A DNA stretch of 64,000 bases from Protoeuglena noctilucae (taxonomy: Eukaryota): assembly GCA_958009085.1 (NCBI GenBank), contig OY253672.1:62001-126000 (forward strand). Direction: 5' to 3'. Of this stretch, positions 11,801-24,760 are shown piece by piece. Every line of letters begins with the position of its first letter. Within the stretch, counting starts at the first letter, position 1. The notes below the pieces were generated by a model that saw only the letters and a program-made list of their open reading frames with translations, ran no database searches and was not told where the DNA came from. The translations under genes were made by a program, and so were the position numbers.

Positions 11801-14339
11801 GCTGTGGGACACGGAGGCCGCGGGGCCCGACCCCAGGTGCGCCAGGAGCAGCTCCACCAGCGCCTGGGAGCCGTCGGGGGGCAGCAGCGCCTCGGCCACG
11901 GGGCCCAGGGCGGCCAGCAGGCGCGAAGGGGACAGCCGGCGCAGTGCCTCGCGGGGGTCATTGGCGTCGGAGCCGCCGAGGGCCTCGGAGAGGGCGAGGC
12001 CGGCGGGGCCGCAGAGGGCGGGGGGCGCGCCGGGGGCCATGGCGGCGGCGGGGGAGGCGGTGACGGGGAGGCGGAGGAGGGCGCGGGCGACGAGGGGCGC
12101 CAGAGACGGGGCGAGGGAGAGGACGCGGGTGGTGGAGTCACGGGAGACGGAGGCGAGGGTGAGGGGCCGGCGGGGATGGCACGCGACGTGGTAGACGTCG
12201 GCGCGGTGCAGGGGGAAGACGGCGAGGGTGGCGGCGGTGCGGATGTCCCAAAGCCGCACGGTGGCGTCCCAGGACCCCGTGAGGCAGAGGAAGGGGACCT
12301 CGGGGTGCCACAGCGCCGCGCGCACGCGGTCGGTGTGGCCGGCGAGGAGCGCGCGGGGGGCGGCCAATGCGTCGGCCAGGTCCCAGACGGCGGCGGAGTG
12401 GTCGGAGTGGGTGGAGAGGAGGAGGGCGGGCTGCAGGGCATTCCAGGCCAGGCCGAATCCCGGCGCCTTGGAGGGGTGCGCCCCCTTGGCCTGCAGTTTG
12501 ACGGCGCGCACGTCGATGACGCGGACGGCGCCCTCGTCGTCGCAGGTGGCCACCACGTCGGGGTCGTGGGGGTGCCAGGCGAGGCCGCGGACGGCGGCGT
12601 TGTGGAGCACGTCGGCGCGCCCCTTCCCCTCGCTGTCGAAGACCATGAGGCGGCAGTCGTCGGCCACGGACGCCAGCAGGCCGCCCTCGTGGGGGGACCA
12701 GAGCACGCGCATGGCGCGGGCCGAGTGCACGCGCAGGGTCTTGACGGCCGCGCCCCGCCGCACGTCGTAGAGCACCACGGCGCCCGAGGCGGCCGAGGCG
12801 GCCAGCATGGCGTCGTCGCGGCTCCACGCCACGGCGTGCAGAGCCTCCTCGGCCCCGGTCAGCACCCCCCGGCACGCCAGCTCCGACACGGACCACAGGC
12901 GCACGGTGCGGTCGGCGGAGCAGGTGGCGAGGAGGTCGGGGTCCTTGTGGGAGAACTCCGCCCCGAAGACGGTGTCGGTGTGCCCCGCGTTGGCGTCCCA
13001 CATGACGCGCCTGAGCTCCACGTCGTAGATGACCACGGCGCCGTCGGTGCCGGTGGCCAGGACGGCGCTGGTGTCGTCGACCAGGCACAGGCAGCGCACG
13101 CCGGGGAGGCCCAGGCGCAGGGACCGCAGGGGCGAGGGCTGGCTGACGTTCCAGACCAGCAGCGACCCGGCCTTGTCGCTGGCCGTGACGAAGGTGCCCG
13201 GCATCTTGGGCAGGAAGCACGCCTTCCAGTCCCCCACCGCCTGCTTCGAGAAGGACACCGCGTTGACACCCTGGTCGAGGTCGTGCAGGAACATGCGGCC
13301 GTCGCGCAGGAGCAGCAGCGCGTAGGTGGTGGACAGCAGGTCGAACTCCACCTCCACCACGTCCGCGGACATGTCGCCGAGCTTCTTCGGCTTCGACACG
13401 GAACCCTCCTGGGGTGAGAGGGGAGCATGGGTGTGAGCGAGGCACGGGTGCAAGCACAGGTGTGGGCGAGGCACGGGTGTGGGCGAGGCACGGGTGCAAG
13501 CACAGGCGTGAGCGATGCACGGGTGTGGGCGAAGCACGGGTGCAAGCACAGGCGTGAGCAATGCACGGGTGTGAGCGAGGCACGGGTGCAAGCACAGGCA
13601 TGAGCAATGCACGGGTGTGGGCGGGGTGCTGTGGAGGAATGCATGGCCTGACGCACCGCCCTAGACTCCGCCATCGAGAGCAGCAAGCGTGTGCATGGAG
13701 CACCCCCCGCCCTCGCCTTGAGGTTGTAGGTGAAGAACATGCCGCTGTTGAGTCCCACGAGGGCCAGGTCAGGCCGTCCCGGTGACACCTTGAAGCACTG
13801 GATGGTGTGGGTCACGGGGAGGGCCTTGACGCACTTGACGGTCAGGGCCCGGGGCTGGCCGGGCGTGGGGGAGGGGTCCACGGGGGGCGTGACGGAGAGG
13901 CGGGTGCCCGTGACCACGTGGAGCGCGGTGGACGTGCGGTCAAAGGCCAGGGCCACGAGGCCGGGGGTCTCCAGCGTGGACAGCTGACCCACCTCGATGG
14001 GCTGCCCGGTGGCCAGGGACCAGACGGTCAGGCGCCCCGTCACGGTGGCGGTGGCGAGCAGGTCTGGGAAGAGGGAGGGAGGGCGCAGGGTCAGGGATCG
14101 GCCGGAGACGCGCCGCCTGCCGGCCCGCTCGCGCGCGGCACCCACCGGGGCAGAAGGTGGACGTGGCCACGGCCGTGAGGGCTGTCGGCGCCCGACAGGA
14201 TATTGGCGAGGGTGCGGGACTGCCGGTGGAAGCAGTAGGTGGCCATGGTGCTGCAGTACACGAACTGGTCGGGAGAGCACGCGCAGTTCTGCCGTGCGGT
14301 CGGGTTGGCACCCGCAGGGACGAGACCGGTGCCACGCAT
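8833..14339 (-). CDS. WDR17: WD40-repeat protein, WDR17-like (multi-exon, 3' end approximate)
   Basis: N-terminus GLVPAGANP...CSPDQFVYCSTMATY resembles the WDR17 N-terminus. Many WD repeats (GHTDTVF...LLATCSADRTVRLW; GHTDRVRAALWHPEVPFLCLTGSWDATVRLWD), then CCDLMVELGRWEEALAL and AACCLLSVGDV. Confidence 0.8.
13428..13622. repeat. Intronic minisatellite in WDR17
   Basis: Alternating units gcacgggtgtg(g/a)gcgag and gcacgggtgcaagcacaggcgtgagc, repeated several times. Confidence 0.85.
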
Positions 14340-14950
14340 GGTCTCCTGCCCTCCGTGCGGCGTGCCTGACCAGGCTCTCTTGCCCTGCATGTAGCGGATG
14401 GAAGAACAGTTGGTTCCGTGCGGTCTTGAGCTGCAGATCGGCCGGGAGACGACCCGGTTACCCAACTACCAGCGGGCAGAGTTCCTTGCCGCTCACCGGG
14501 CGCCTTACCCTACGTCAGCCAACCTACAAGAAGTGAATCTGACGACTCCAGTCCGCAAATGCAGGGCAAAATGCTAGGAAAGTCTACTCGGACACAATTG
14601 CGCGCCGGATGCATGCCATCGGGGCAGGGTGGGCCGCGACGTGACACTCATCGAAGACATATTCGCGCAGCGTCTCCCGGAGCCGCAATGAATTGACACG
14701 ACGCCCTGACTCGTGTCTGGCACCACGATTTCAGCACCATTGCGCCCAGCCCTCTCCTGCTCGTGACCACTGCGCTTCTCGCAATCCACCGACTGATCAA
14801 GACCTTCGTACACGGAGCCCCATAGTATTTTGCAGAGCGCACCCAAGGAGGCTTTCGTTTTTCTCGGCCCCAACGCTCCCGTCTGGCGCGAGATACTTAC
14901 CGCATTGGAAGGCAGCGGGCCTGCAGGAGGGAAGGGGTGCTCGCGGGCAC

Positions 14951-16759
14951 ATGCAGAGCCACGCGAGCCGGCATGTCGTGTCGGACCACCTCCGGCACCG
15001 CATGCCGGACTTCAGCGAGCCCTTCTTGAGGTCAGCGCTGACCCTTCCGAGACGCTCGCGGCCCCGAGCGCTTGAATGGCCCGCGTCTCCCGAGCAGAGC
15101 GGGGCACACGGGCAGAGCCTCCTGCGGCACCTCGCGGCGTCGAGCGGGAGAGGCTCGCATCCGTGCCCGCAGTGACATCGTTGCGGATGAAATCGCCCTG
15201 GCGTTCGGGAGGCGCGCCATCCCCAAACTGGTGGACATCCTGGCGCTCCCGGACGGCGTCCTGAGGTGCGGCGGACATGTCCCACGTGCGCCGGGCCGCC
15301 GCGCCGCGGCACAAGCGAGCGGATGTCACTCAACAGCACGGCGCGCCCTCGCCTCTCCGCAGCAGCTGCAGGGAGCTGGCGCACGCCCTCCGGGTGTTCA
15401 ACGCGGAGCTGACCAACCAGGAGACCAAGGCCGACGCCATTGCCTGCGAGGCGGGGTGGCACCTGGTGCGCAACGCGAAGAGCGCCGACGCCGAGGTGCA
15501 GATGCTCTCGTGCCGCGGCCTGCAGGCGCTGGCGACCACCATGGTCGGGAGGTACCACGTCATTCGGGTGAGGGTAGAGCTGGCCAGACACCGCGGCGAC
15601 GGCGATGGCGCAGAGGGCGACGCCGGACTGCAACAGCAGCACACACCCGCAGGTGGGCGCGGTGGAGGTCATGGTGGAGGTGCTGGGGGAGTGCCCGGAG
15701 GGAGCGGCCGGGTGCCTGGCGCAGGTGGCGCAGGGGAACGAGGGGCTGCAAGCCATCCTGTCCAGCCCAGCCAAGGTGGTGGCGGCGGTGGCGGAGGTGG
15801 TGCTGCGGCGGGACGTGGCCCCCAAGGCCCTCGAGAGCGCCTCCGTCATGATGGAGAGGGTGATGCAGCTCGACGAGGTGAGCCTCGTCAATGCCAGGCA
15901 TGGTGCACGCGCATGCCTGCACCCTGGAGACCATTGCTGACAGCGTGACCGGGGCGCTTTGTCCGTGCAGGGCATCATGCAGGCGCTGGCGGCGCACGTC
16001 CCCGCGGCCCTCCTCACCGTCCTGGACAGGGCGACCACGGTGAGTGGCGTCTCAGGCAGCGCGCCGCGCCATGAGCAGGGGGGGTGCGACGAGCGCGTTT
16101 TGTGCGCGCAGGGGGCCTTGGCGGGGACGGCGGGGAGGGGGATGCGTGTGGCGGCGCTGGAGGGCCTGGCACAGGCGGCACACCACGAGTACGGGCGCGC
16201 TCAGATCATGGAGCCCTTCCCCGGGGAGAGGCCCCCCGTGGACACGTCCCGTGAGACGCGCGGCCGACCCTCGCCCTCTGCGCGCGGCGTGCGCCCCCCG
16301 CCCACGCTCTCCCTCCCTCGTCCGCAGTGCAAGTGATGCTGCGGTGCCTGCAGCTGGGGGACCACGCCGCCCTGCGTGGCCTGACGCGCTGCCTCATGGG
16401 CCTCACCGTGGACCCGTACAACAAGCGGGAGGTGGCCGACCACTGCCTCTCCACGCTCATGAAGTGGCTCACGTGAGCGGCACCTGCGCCTGTGATCGTG
16501 CCAAGCGAGCCTCGCCTGCCACCCGCTCCCGCTCCATGACAACTCGCTTCTCCTCCCGATGCTTCTCAGGAATGCCCAGTCGTTGTTGGACGAGGGCAAG
16601 GCGGACCTGGAGACGCTCGAGAACTGCCGCGACGTGGTGGAGAACTGCGCAGAGCACCCGGTGGTCGAGGCGCGACTGAGGGAGACGCTCGCACCGGGGA
16701 CGTTCCAGGAGCTGCTCGGGAGGCCGCGGCCCTTGTCAGCTGGCGCCACAGGCCGGTAG
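14951..16759 (+). CDS. RSP8: Flagellar radial spoke protein 8 (armadillo repeat)
   Basis: MQSHASRHVVS..., DIVADEIALAFGRRAIPKLVDILA, NQETKADAI and LMGLTVD...K match my recollection of Chlamydomonas RSP8. Confidence 0.8.
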
Positions 16760-16892
16760 TGCCCTGCCAGGCAAGCGCCAGGCCCATTGTTCGTTGAAAG
16801 GCGGCGTCGGCGAAGCGATGGGCGGGTCAGAGTTGGGTCAGAGCACACGCTGGCGGAATCGCGAGCCGCGAGGGGCTAGCCGCCGCTAGAGC

Positions 16893-18382
16893 ATGGGCCG
16901 AGAAAGCCGGCCGGAGCTGACCGGGCCGCCGGAGCTGTACTACAACGAGGATGAGGCCGCGAAGTGAGCACAGGCTCTTTGCGCCCAACACCACCAACTG
17001 GAGGCGCCCCGCAGGTCCCGGCGGCGCTTGCGGGGACCGAGAGGAGCAGCAGCACTGTCCCCCTTCTCCGGCCGGTTCCGCGCAGATATACGAGCAACAC
17101 GCGTGTGCTGGAGATCCAGGCGAAACTAACCTATCGAGCGGTCGAGCTGTTGGCGCTGCCGCCAGGCGCGTTGCGCTGCCGGCCTCGGGCAGAGCTGCGC
17201 GGCGAGACAGGGCCCGCCAGCGGGACGCCGTCGCCGGAAAGGAGGTAGCTTGGCGCCGTCGGTGCAGTATCCTTGTCCGACACGACACGCATGCTCTCCT
17301 CCCTTCCCCTCCCCGCGCAGACGGCGGGCCGCGCCTGCTCCTGGACGTCGGCTGCGGGAGCGGGGTTTCCGGGGAGGTGCTCGCGGACATGGGCCATCAG
17401 GTGAGTGGAATTGAACAGAGCTACGCGGCCGCAGGAGCACGTGCGCCCCCCGGCCTGCGGCAGGCTGAAAAGGGCAGTTAGTACGACGTGCCTCTTCTTC
17501 TGGCCCCTCTCGCAGTGGGTGGGCCTGGACATTGCGCCTGCGATGCTGGACGTTGCGGTGGAGCGGGGTCTGGAGGGCGGGGACGTGCTCCTGGGCGACA
17601 TGGGCCACGGCGTGCCCTTCCGGGAGGGGTCGTTCGATGGGGCGGTGTCCATCTCAGCCGCGCAGTGGCTCTGCAACGCGGACACGAGCCGGCAGGACCC
17701 GCGCCGGCGCATGGCGGCCTTCTTCCGCACCCTCTACCGCGTCTTGAACAGGGGCGCCCGCGCCGTCCTGCAGATCTACCCCCAGGACGCCCGGCAGGCG
17801 GAGATGCTGGTGGCGGCGGCCATGCAGGCGGGGTTCTCGGGGGGACTCGTCGTCGACTACCCCCACTCCACGGCAAGGAGCCTGCTTAGCATGCACACTT
17901 TTGCCCATGCCTGCCATCCTCTCGCTCTCCCTTGCCCCTCCCTGCCATCGCGCTCTCCCTTGCCCTCCCTGCCATCCACACTCTCCGTTGCCCTCCTTGC
18001 AGCGTGCCAAGAAGCACTTCCTCGTCCTCATGGTGGGGTCCTCGGGGGCACAGGCGAGACGCGCTGCCCACTGATGGTCACTGCACGCGCACCCCCGCCC
18101 TGCTCTCTCATACCTGCTCCACTGCTGCATGTAGAGCACCCATTCTGCCCCATGCTCTCTCACGCCTCCTGCTCCCCTCATGTCGCAGTGGAGCACCTGG
18201 CCTTGGACGGTGACCCCGATGAGGACGAGGTCCCTCACACCAACCGGGTGAGGCGGTCCAAGGGGCGGGGGGAGTCCCACAAGGCGTGGCTGCTCAAGAA
18301 GAAGGTGCAGCGGGTGCAGAGGGGGCTGGTGGCCAAGCCGACCACCAAGTACTCGGGGAGGAAGAGGAAGCCCAAGTTCTAG
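16893..18382 (+). CDS. BUD23: 18S rRNA guanine-N7 methyltransferase BUD23/WBSCR22
   Basis: RPELTGPPELYYNEDEAAKYTSNTR, LLLDVGCGSGVSG, SISAAQWLCNAD, AGFSGGLVVDYPHS, C-terminal TKYSGRKRKPKF. Confidence 0.95.
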
Positions 18383-18433
18383 CGATGCCAGGTCAGCAGT
18401 TACTAGTGACTAGACTAGCTTGAGTTGAAAACG

Positions 18434-18633
18434 NNNNNNNNNNNNNNNNNNNNNNNNNNNNNNNNNNNNNNNNNNNNNNNNNNNNNNNNNNNNNNNNNNN
18501 NNNNNNNNNNNNNNNNNNNNNNNNNNNNNNNNNNNNNNNNNNNNNNNNNNNNNNNNNNNNNNNNNNNNNNNNNNNNNNNNNNNNNNNNNNNNNNNNNNNN
18601 NNNNNNNNNNNNNNNNNNNNNNNNNNNNNNNNN
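18434..18633. other. Assembly gap (200 N)
   Basis: Run of N. Confidence 1.
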
Positions 18634-21112
18634 CGGCGCCGGGCGCGGGGCGTGGCGGCGGGGGGTGGCGAGGGCCTGGGCCTGACCGCCGCCAAAGGAG
18701 AAGGCGGGGGCGGGGGCGGGGGCGGGGGCGCCGAAGGAGAGGCCGGGGGAGGGGGCGGAGGCGCCGAAGAGGGGGCTGGGCGCGGCGGGCGATGCGCCGA
18801 AGGAGGGGGCGGCGGCGGTGGCGCCGAACGCGGACGCGGCCCCAAAGGCGGGGGCGGCAGAGGCGGGGGCGGACGCGCCAAAGGGCCTGGCCCCGAAGGA
18901 GAATGCGGGCGCGGAGGTGGCGCCGAAGAGGGAGGACCCCGCGGCGGCGGCGGAGGAGGCGGCGCCGAAGGCCGAGGAGCCAAAGGCGGGGGCGGAGGAT
19001 GGCTGGGCGCCGAAGGAGAAGGCGGAAGACGACTGGGGGGGGGTGACAGGGGGGGTGAGAGGGGTTGAGGGATGAGAGGGTGAAAGGTGCGATGCAAGTG
19101 GCCATGGGGGTGGGGCAGCGGGGGGGGCAGCGGGTGGGTCACTGACCTGCGGGGCTGCCTGTCCGAAGAGTCCCCCCGATGGCACGGGGGCTGCCTGGGC
19201 CTGCTGCGCCGGCGCGCCGAAGGGCGTGGCCTGGGCGCCCGTGGCCCCGAAGGCGGGGGCGGCCTGGGATGCTCCGAAGCCACCGCCGAAGGAGGGCTGG
19301 GACGCGCCGAAGGAGAAGCCGCTGCTGGCGGGGGCGGAGGAGGGGCCGGAGAGGGAGAAGCCCTGCGGGGATGGGCGACGAGAGAGGGGAGCGGTCAGAG
19401 CAGCACACACCTGGTGAGTTGAAGCATCTGGGGCGCGGGGGCAGCGGGGCGCACCGAGGTGGGCGCCGAGGCCCCGAAGGGCGACGGGGACGGGCTGCCG
19501 AACGCGGGCCTGGCCTGGCCGAAGACGGAGGACCCCGCGGCGGGGGCGCTGGTGGCCCCGAAGGACGAGGCGGCCGGCTGCCCAAACGCGGACGAGCCGA
19601 ACCCGGTGCTGCCGGCGGCCGCGCCAAAGGCGGAGGAGCCCCCGAAGGCGGACCCGGTGGAGGCGCCGAAGAGGCCGGCGGACGCGGGCTGCTGCTGCTG
19701 CGGCTGCTGGGGCTGCCCGAAGACGGAGGTGGAGCCGAAGGGGGACGTCTGGGCCGGCTGCCCGAAGCCCTGCGGTGGGGAGGTGGGCGAGGAAGCGTGG
19801 CGCAGAGGGGAGCAAGTGGGCGTCGAGGGACGCGGGATGGCCCGGTGCGCACCTGTGGTTGACCGAAGCCCGACGCGCCGGCCCCAAACGCAGACGAGCC
19901 GCCGAACGTGGAACCGCCAAACGCGGAGGACGCCTGCGGGTGCGAGGGGCACAGCTGGCACTGTCGTTCAATGCCCGGAGCCAATCGTGCACCTCGCCTC
20001 ACCCGCTCCCTCGCCCCCCCGCCTCAGGTCTCGCCTGCGTGGCCGTCAGCCGCCCCGCCTGCACGTCCTCCCACCGCAGCTCCTCGTGGCTCTTGTTGGC
20101 GTAGGCAGGCATGGCCGAGATGGACATTTGCGTCACCAGCTGGTGCTGGAAGTCCCTGGTCGGGGCGTAGGGCGTCCCCGCGGTGCCCGTCTGCCCCACC
20201 GCCGACGAAGCGCCCAGCGCCTGCGGTGGGAAGGGGCGTCATCGCAAGGGGGTGAAGGCACCCTTACTGAGGAGGTGAGGCCCACCCCACCCCGGCTGTC
20301 TGCGCGTCACCTGACCGCCGAAGGGCACCGTGCTAGTCGCCGACCCGAAGCTCGGCTGCGCCTGGGGCGCCCCAAACAGCCCCGGGCTCCCGCCCCCGAG
20401 GGTGGACCCGGCCGTCGCGCCAAACGAGGACATGCCGCCGCCGAACGCGGGCTGCTGCGCCGGGGCCGCGAAGGGACTGCGGCGGGACCAGGGCAGGCGG
20501 GATCGCGGGCCGGGATGCACCCGCATGGTCAGGGCCACCTGGGTTGCACCGCACGCCCTTGCCTGGCGAAAGCGCTCGCCGACTGTGGCTGCCCGAAGCC
20601 AGTCGCTGTGGCTCCGAAAGCACAAGAGCCGAAAGCGGACTGTGTCTGTGCGGCGAAAGGCGACGGCGTGGAGCTGCGGCGGAGGGGCGGAGGCGGTCGG
20701 GCGTGAATCGTGGCCATGCTGCCTCTCTCTCGCCCGCGCGCGGTCGAGAACCGCCCACCTGCCCACTCCAAACGCACTCTGCGTCTGACCAAACGTGCTC
20801 GTCGTGCCAAAGCCCGAAGGCCGGCCGAACGGGTTGCTGGACCCTGCTCAAGAGGGGGCGGGAAGGCGGTGACGCGGCGTCGCGACGGCAAAGGCGCTGG
20901 CAGCTGCTGTGAGATGGACATCAACATCTAACGCGATGGGCGCGCGGGAAAAGAGCGCCAAGCGTCGAGGCAGAGCACAGTAGAGCACGCTGCGGTCTGC
21001 AGGCGCTTCCTGGGACCCGTGGCCCAATGTCCGCATCCCCCGACGTGCAACTCAAGCAAGGTCAGCCAGTCATGCGGGGGAGCGGGCGCGCCTGCGCCCA
21101 CTCGCCGAACAT
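18634..21112 (-). CDS. NUP98: FG-repeat nucleoporin NUP98, N-terminal part (runs into the gap)
   Basis: MF|GSSNPFG start via a GC-AG intron, many FG repeats, and the GLEBS motif SISAMPAYANKSHEELRWED. Confidence 0.9.
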
Positions 21113-21389
21113 CGCCCGTGCGAGTCGAACGCTCCCCGCAGATGGGGTACTCGCTGAGCTCGGGGCCGATGCTCGGCCTGGCCGGTCGCTCAGGTAACCA
21201 GTAGCCGGAGACTGCGCCGGGCCCGCCGCAGTGGCGAGGATCGCGTCCCGGAGCCCTCCAGCAGAGCTATGGATGAGAGAGATGTGTCCAAAGTTGCCCC
21301 CCGCGGAACGAAGGCGCAGATACCAGTGCAATGGCATGGCCCTGCGCCGGAGATCGGCGTTTCTCCAGCGACGGTTCCTGCCAGCTAAG

Positions 21390-24300
21390 ATGGTTTCAGC
21401 CGCCCGGGTGCTCGGAGGGGGCGTGGCGTCGCGAGACTTGCGTATTTCCCCGCACGCTGGCTTGCTTTGCGCATGCTACCGAGCCGCTGGATTGCTTTTA
21501 TTGAAAGTTGGTCTGCGGTGGTGCAACAGCGCGCTTTGGGAGACTCAGGGAACCGGAGCACAGAAGCGGTTGGGGGTGCGAGACTGCGGGCTGCGCTGGT
21601 CCCGGGGAGAGCCAGCGGGCCCGTTGGAGACGCAGGCGGCCTTTGCCCGAGCTCCCGGAGCCTCGCCAGGGGACGCGGCATTCCCCGGCGTGACGGTCAT
21701 GGAGGACAGCTTCGGTCTGGTTCTGCCTGCAGAGGGGCGGTCCCCCAGCGGCCGCGATGGAGCACGAGCTTGGGAGCGTGCAGTCCCGCGAGGACTACCA
21801 ACGGCTCTACGACCGATCGCTGCAGGATCCCGAGGGCTTCTGGGGCGGAATTGCAGACGGGTGCGTATCGCGCCAGCCCGGAGGCTGCGGGGCCACGGAG
21901 GTTTGAACCGTTGCCCCGCGCGGCGCGTGCTGCGGGCGTGCTGCGTGCCCATGCCGGCCCAGCCTCGCCCGCAGGTTCTACTGGAAGCAGAAGTGGACGG
22001 GGCCTGTGTGCGAGTACAACTTCAGCAGAGTGAGCAACGGGGGCCCTTGGGAGCAGCACTTGCCTCCCTCGCTCACGCCCGCCCTCTGCCCGAGCGTGCC
22101 GACTGCCCTTGCCGCAGAAGAAGGGGCGGGTGTTTGCCAAGTGGTTCCAGGGCGGCCTCACAAACATATGCTACAACGCCGTCGACCGCCATGTGGAGGG
22201 GGGCGCGGGCGACCGAGGTGCGGCAGTGGTGGGGGTGTAGCTGGCGGGGTGGCGGGGTGGCGCGCAGCGATGTGCGCAACGCCGGGTTCGTTTCCCCGGT
22301 CTCTTCCCCCGCAGTGGCCATCTACTGGGAGGGCAACGACCCCAGCGACCCCCCACGCACGCTGACGTACCGTGAGCTGCTGGACCTGGTGTGCCAAATC
22401 GCCAACCAGCTGAAGGCCATGGGGGTGCAGCAGGGGGACTGCGGTGCGTGACGACGGGGCGCGGGGTGTGGCGCGACGTGCCCCGCCTGCCCCACACAGG
22501 TGCCACATGCCCTGTGCCCCTCCGCCCATCGTCGCAGTAACGACGTACATGCCGATGGTGCCGGAGCTGCCTGCGACCATGCTGGCGTGCGCGAGGATCG
22601 GTGCGGTGCACTCGGTGGTCTTCGGTGGCTTCTCCGCCGACTCCCTGGCCCAGCGCCTCGAGGACGCCCGCAGCCGCGTGCTGGTGACGTGCAGCGGGGT
22701 GATGCGGGGGCCCAAGAGGATCGAGCTCAAGCGCATCGCAGACGACGCCATGGCGCAGCTGGAGGCGCGGGGACACGCCGTCACCCACTGCCTCGTCTAC
22801 GACCACCCCAGCCCCGCCGTGCCCCAGGCGAGCATGGCATGGTTGCGGCTTGCGAGAGAGCCAGGTCACCGTGGCAGCGGCCGACACACTGACACCCCGC
22901 CCCTCGCCCCCGCAGTGCTCCATGGCGGAGGGGCGCGACCTGCGCTGGAGCGAGTACGTGCCGCGCATGCCCACTGCGTGCCCCGTGGCGTGGCTCGACG
23001 CCGAGGCCCCCAGCTTCATGCTTTACACGTCGGGGTCCACGGGCAAGCCCAAGGGAGTCCTGCACACCACGGCAGGATACATGATCGGCGCCGCCACCAC
23101 GTTCAAGTCAGTGCCCTTGCCGCATTGCTGCTGCCGCTGGCCCATGTACGCTGTAGCCAGCCCCTGACACGCGAGCGCTCGCCCTGGGATGCCCCCCGCA
23201 GGTACGTGTTCGGCTACCGCCCTGGGGATGTCTACTGGTGCGGTGCGGACTGCGGCTGGATCACGGGGCACTCGTACGTGGTGTACGGCCCGCTGCTGTG
23301 CGGGGCCACGCAGGTGGTGTTCGAGGGCATCCCCACGTGGCCGGACGCGGGGCGGTCGTGGGAGATCGTGGACAAGTACCACGTGAACATCTTCTACACG
23401 GCACCCACGGCGATTCGGTGAGAGGGGGATGGGTGCACGCCTGGGTGCATGCCTGCCTGGGTGCGTGTATGCATGGACGCACGGCCGACGCGCCTCCCCG
23501 CAGCACCTTGATGGCGGCGGGCGACTCCTTTGTGACCCGCCACAGCCGCAAGTCCCTGCGCGCGCTGGGGTCGGTGGGGGAGCCGATTAACCCTGAGGCG
23601 TGGCGGTGGTACCATGACGTGGTGGGGGGCGGGAGGTGCCCGGTGATGGACACGTGGTGGCAGACGGAGACGGGCGCGCACATGATCACGCCGCTGCCGG
23701 GCGCGTGGGAGCAGAAGCCCGGGTGCGCCACGCTGCCCTTCTACGGTGTCGATGCGGCCCTGCTGGACGAGCGGGGGCAGGAGGTGCGGGGGGCGGGGGA
23801 GGGGTTCCTGGTGCTGCGGCGCGCGTGGCCGTCGATGATGCGGACGGTGCAGGGCGACCACGATCGCTTCGAGGCCACGTACTTCAGCCAGTACGACGGC
23901 TACTACTTCACGGGGGACGGGGCGAGGAGGGACGAGGACGGGTTCTACTGGCTCACGGGGCGAGTGGACGACGTCATCAACGTGTCGGGGCACAGGTGAG
24001 GGCTCTTAGCGGGGCAGGGCGTTACTTGGCATGGCATGGGATGGCGGGCGGCCGGTGTCACCCATGCTCATGCCCATCCCCGCAGGCTGGGGACGGCCGA
24101 GGTGGAGTCGGCGCTGGTGGAGCACCCGCTCGTGGCCGAGGCGGCCGTCGTGCCCCTCGAGCACCACATCAAGGGGCAGGGCATCTACGCCTACGTCACG
24201 CTGGTCGCCGGGCAGGCCTACCCCGGCTCAGAGGAACTCCGGTGCGGGCCAGCGACTGCCGCTGCCCGCTGAGCTGTGGAAACGGCGCCTCCGCAGCGCT

Positions 24301-24632
24301 CCCTCCCCTCTCCCGCGCGCAGGAAGGAGCTGGTGGCGCTGGTGCGCAAGAAGATTGGACCCATCGCCACGCCCGACGTCATCCACTGGGCCCCGGGGCT
24401 GCCCAAGACCCGCTCGGGCAAGATCATGCGCAGAATTCTCCGGAAGGTGCCCGCGCGCGGCCCGGGTCGCGGGCGCGGCACCCATGCAGCACGTTTTGGT
24501 TTCTGGCTCGTCGTGACGGCGCCTTCCCTCCGCCCGCAGCTCGCGCATCACGAAGAGGACCACCTCGGTGACATCAGCACGCTCGCGGATCCCTCCGTAG
24601 TCGCCACGCTGCTCGAACTGCGGGGCAAGTGA
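21390..24632 (+). CDS. ACS: Acetyl-CoA synthetase (start uncertain)
   Basis: [83 protein letters not shown]. Confidence 0.97.
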
Positions 24633-24760
24633 AGAGGGGGCAGCGATGCCATGACCGTGCGGCGACTGGCGTTATCATATTGCTTTGAAACGTGAATTGC
24701 TCGCATTCGGTCGTCCTCCCGCGTGCTCGGGGGCTCATCTGCGCCACGCGCGACGCCACC

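Noticed and set aside
13428..13622. Possible CRISPR-like array
   Set aside because: No unique spacers, no cas genes, and it lies in a eukaryotic intron; it is a minisatellite.
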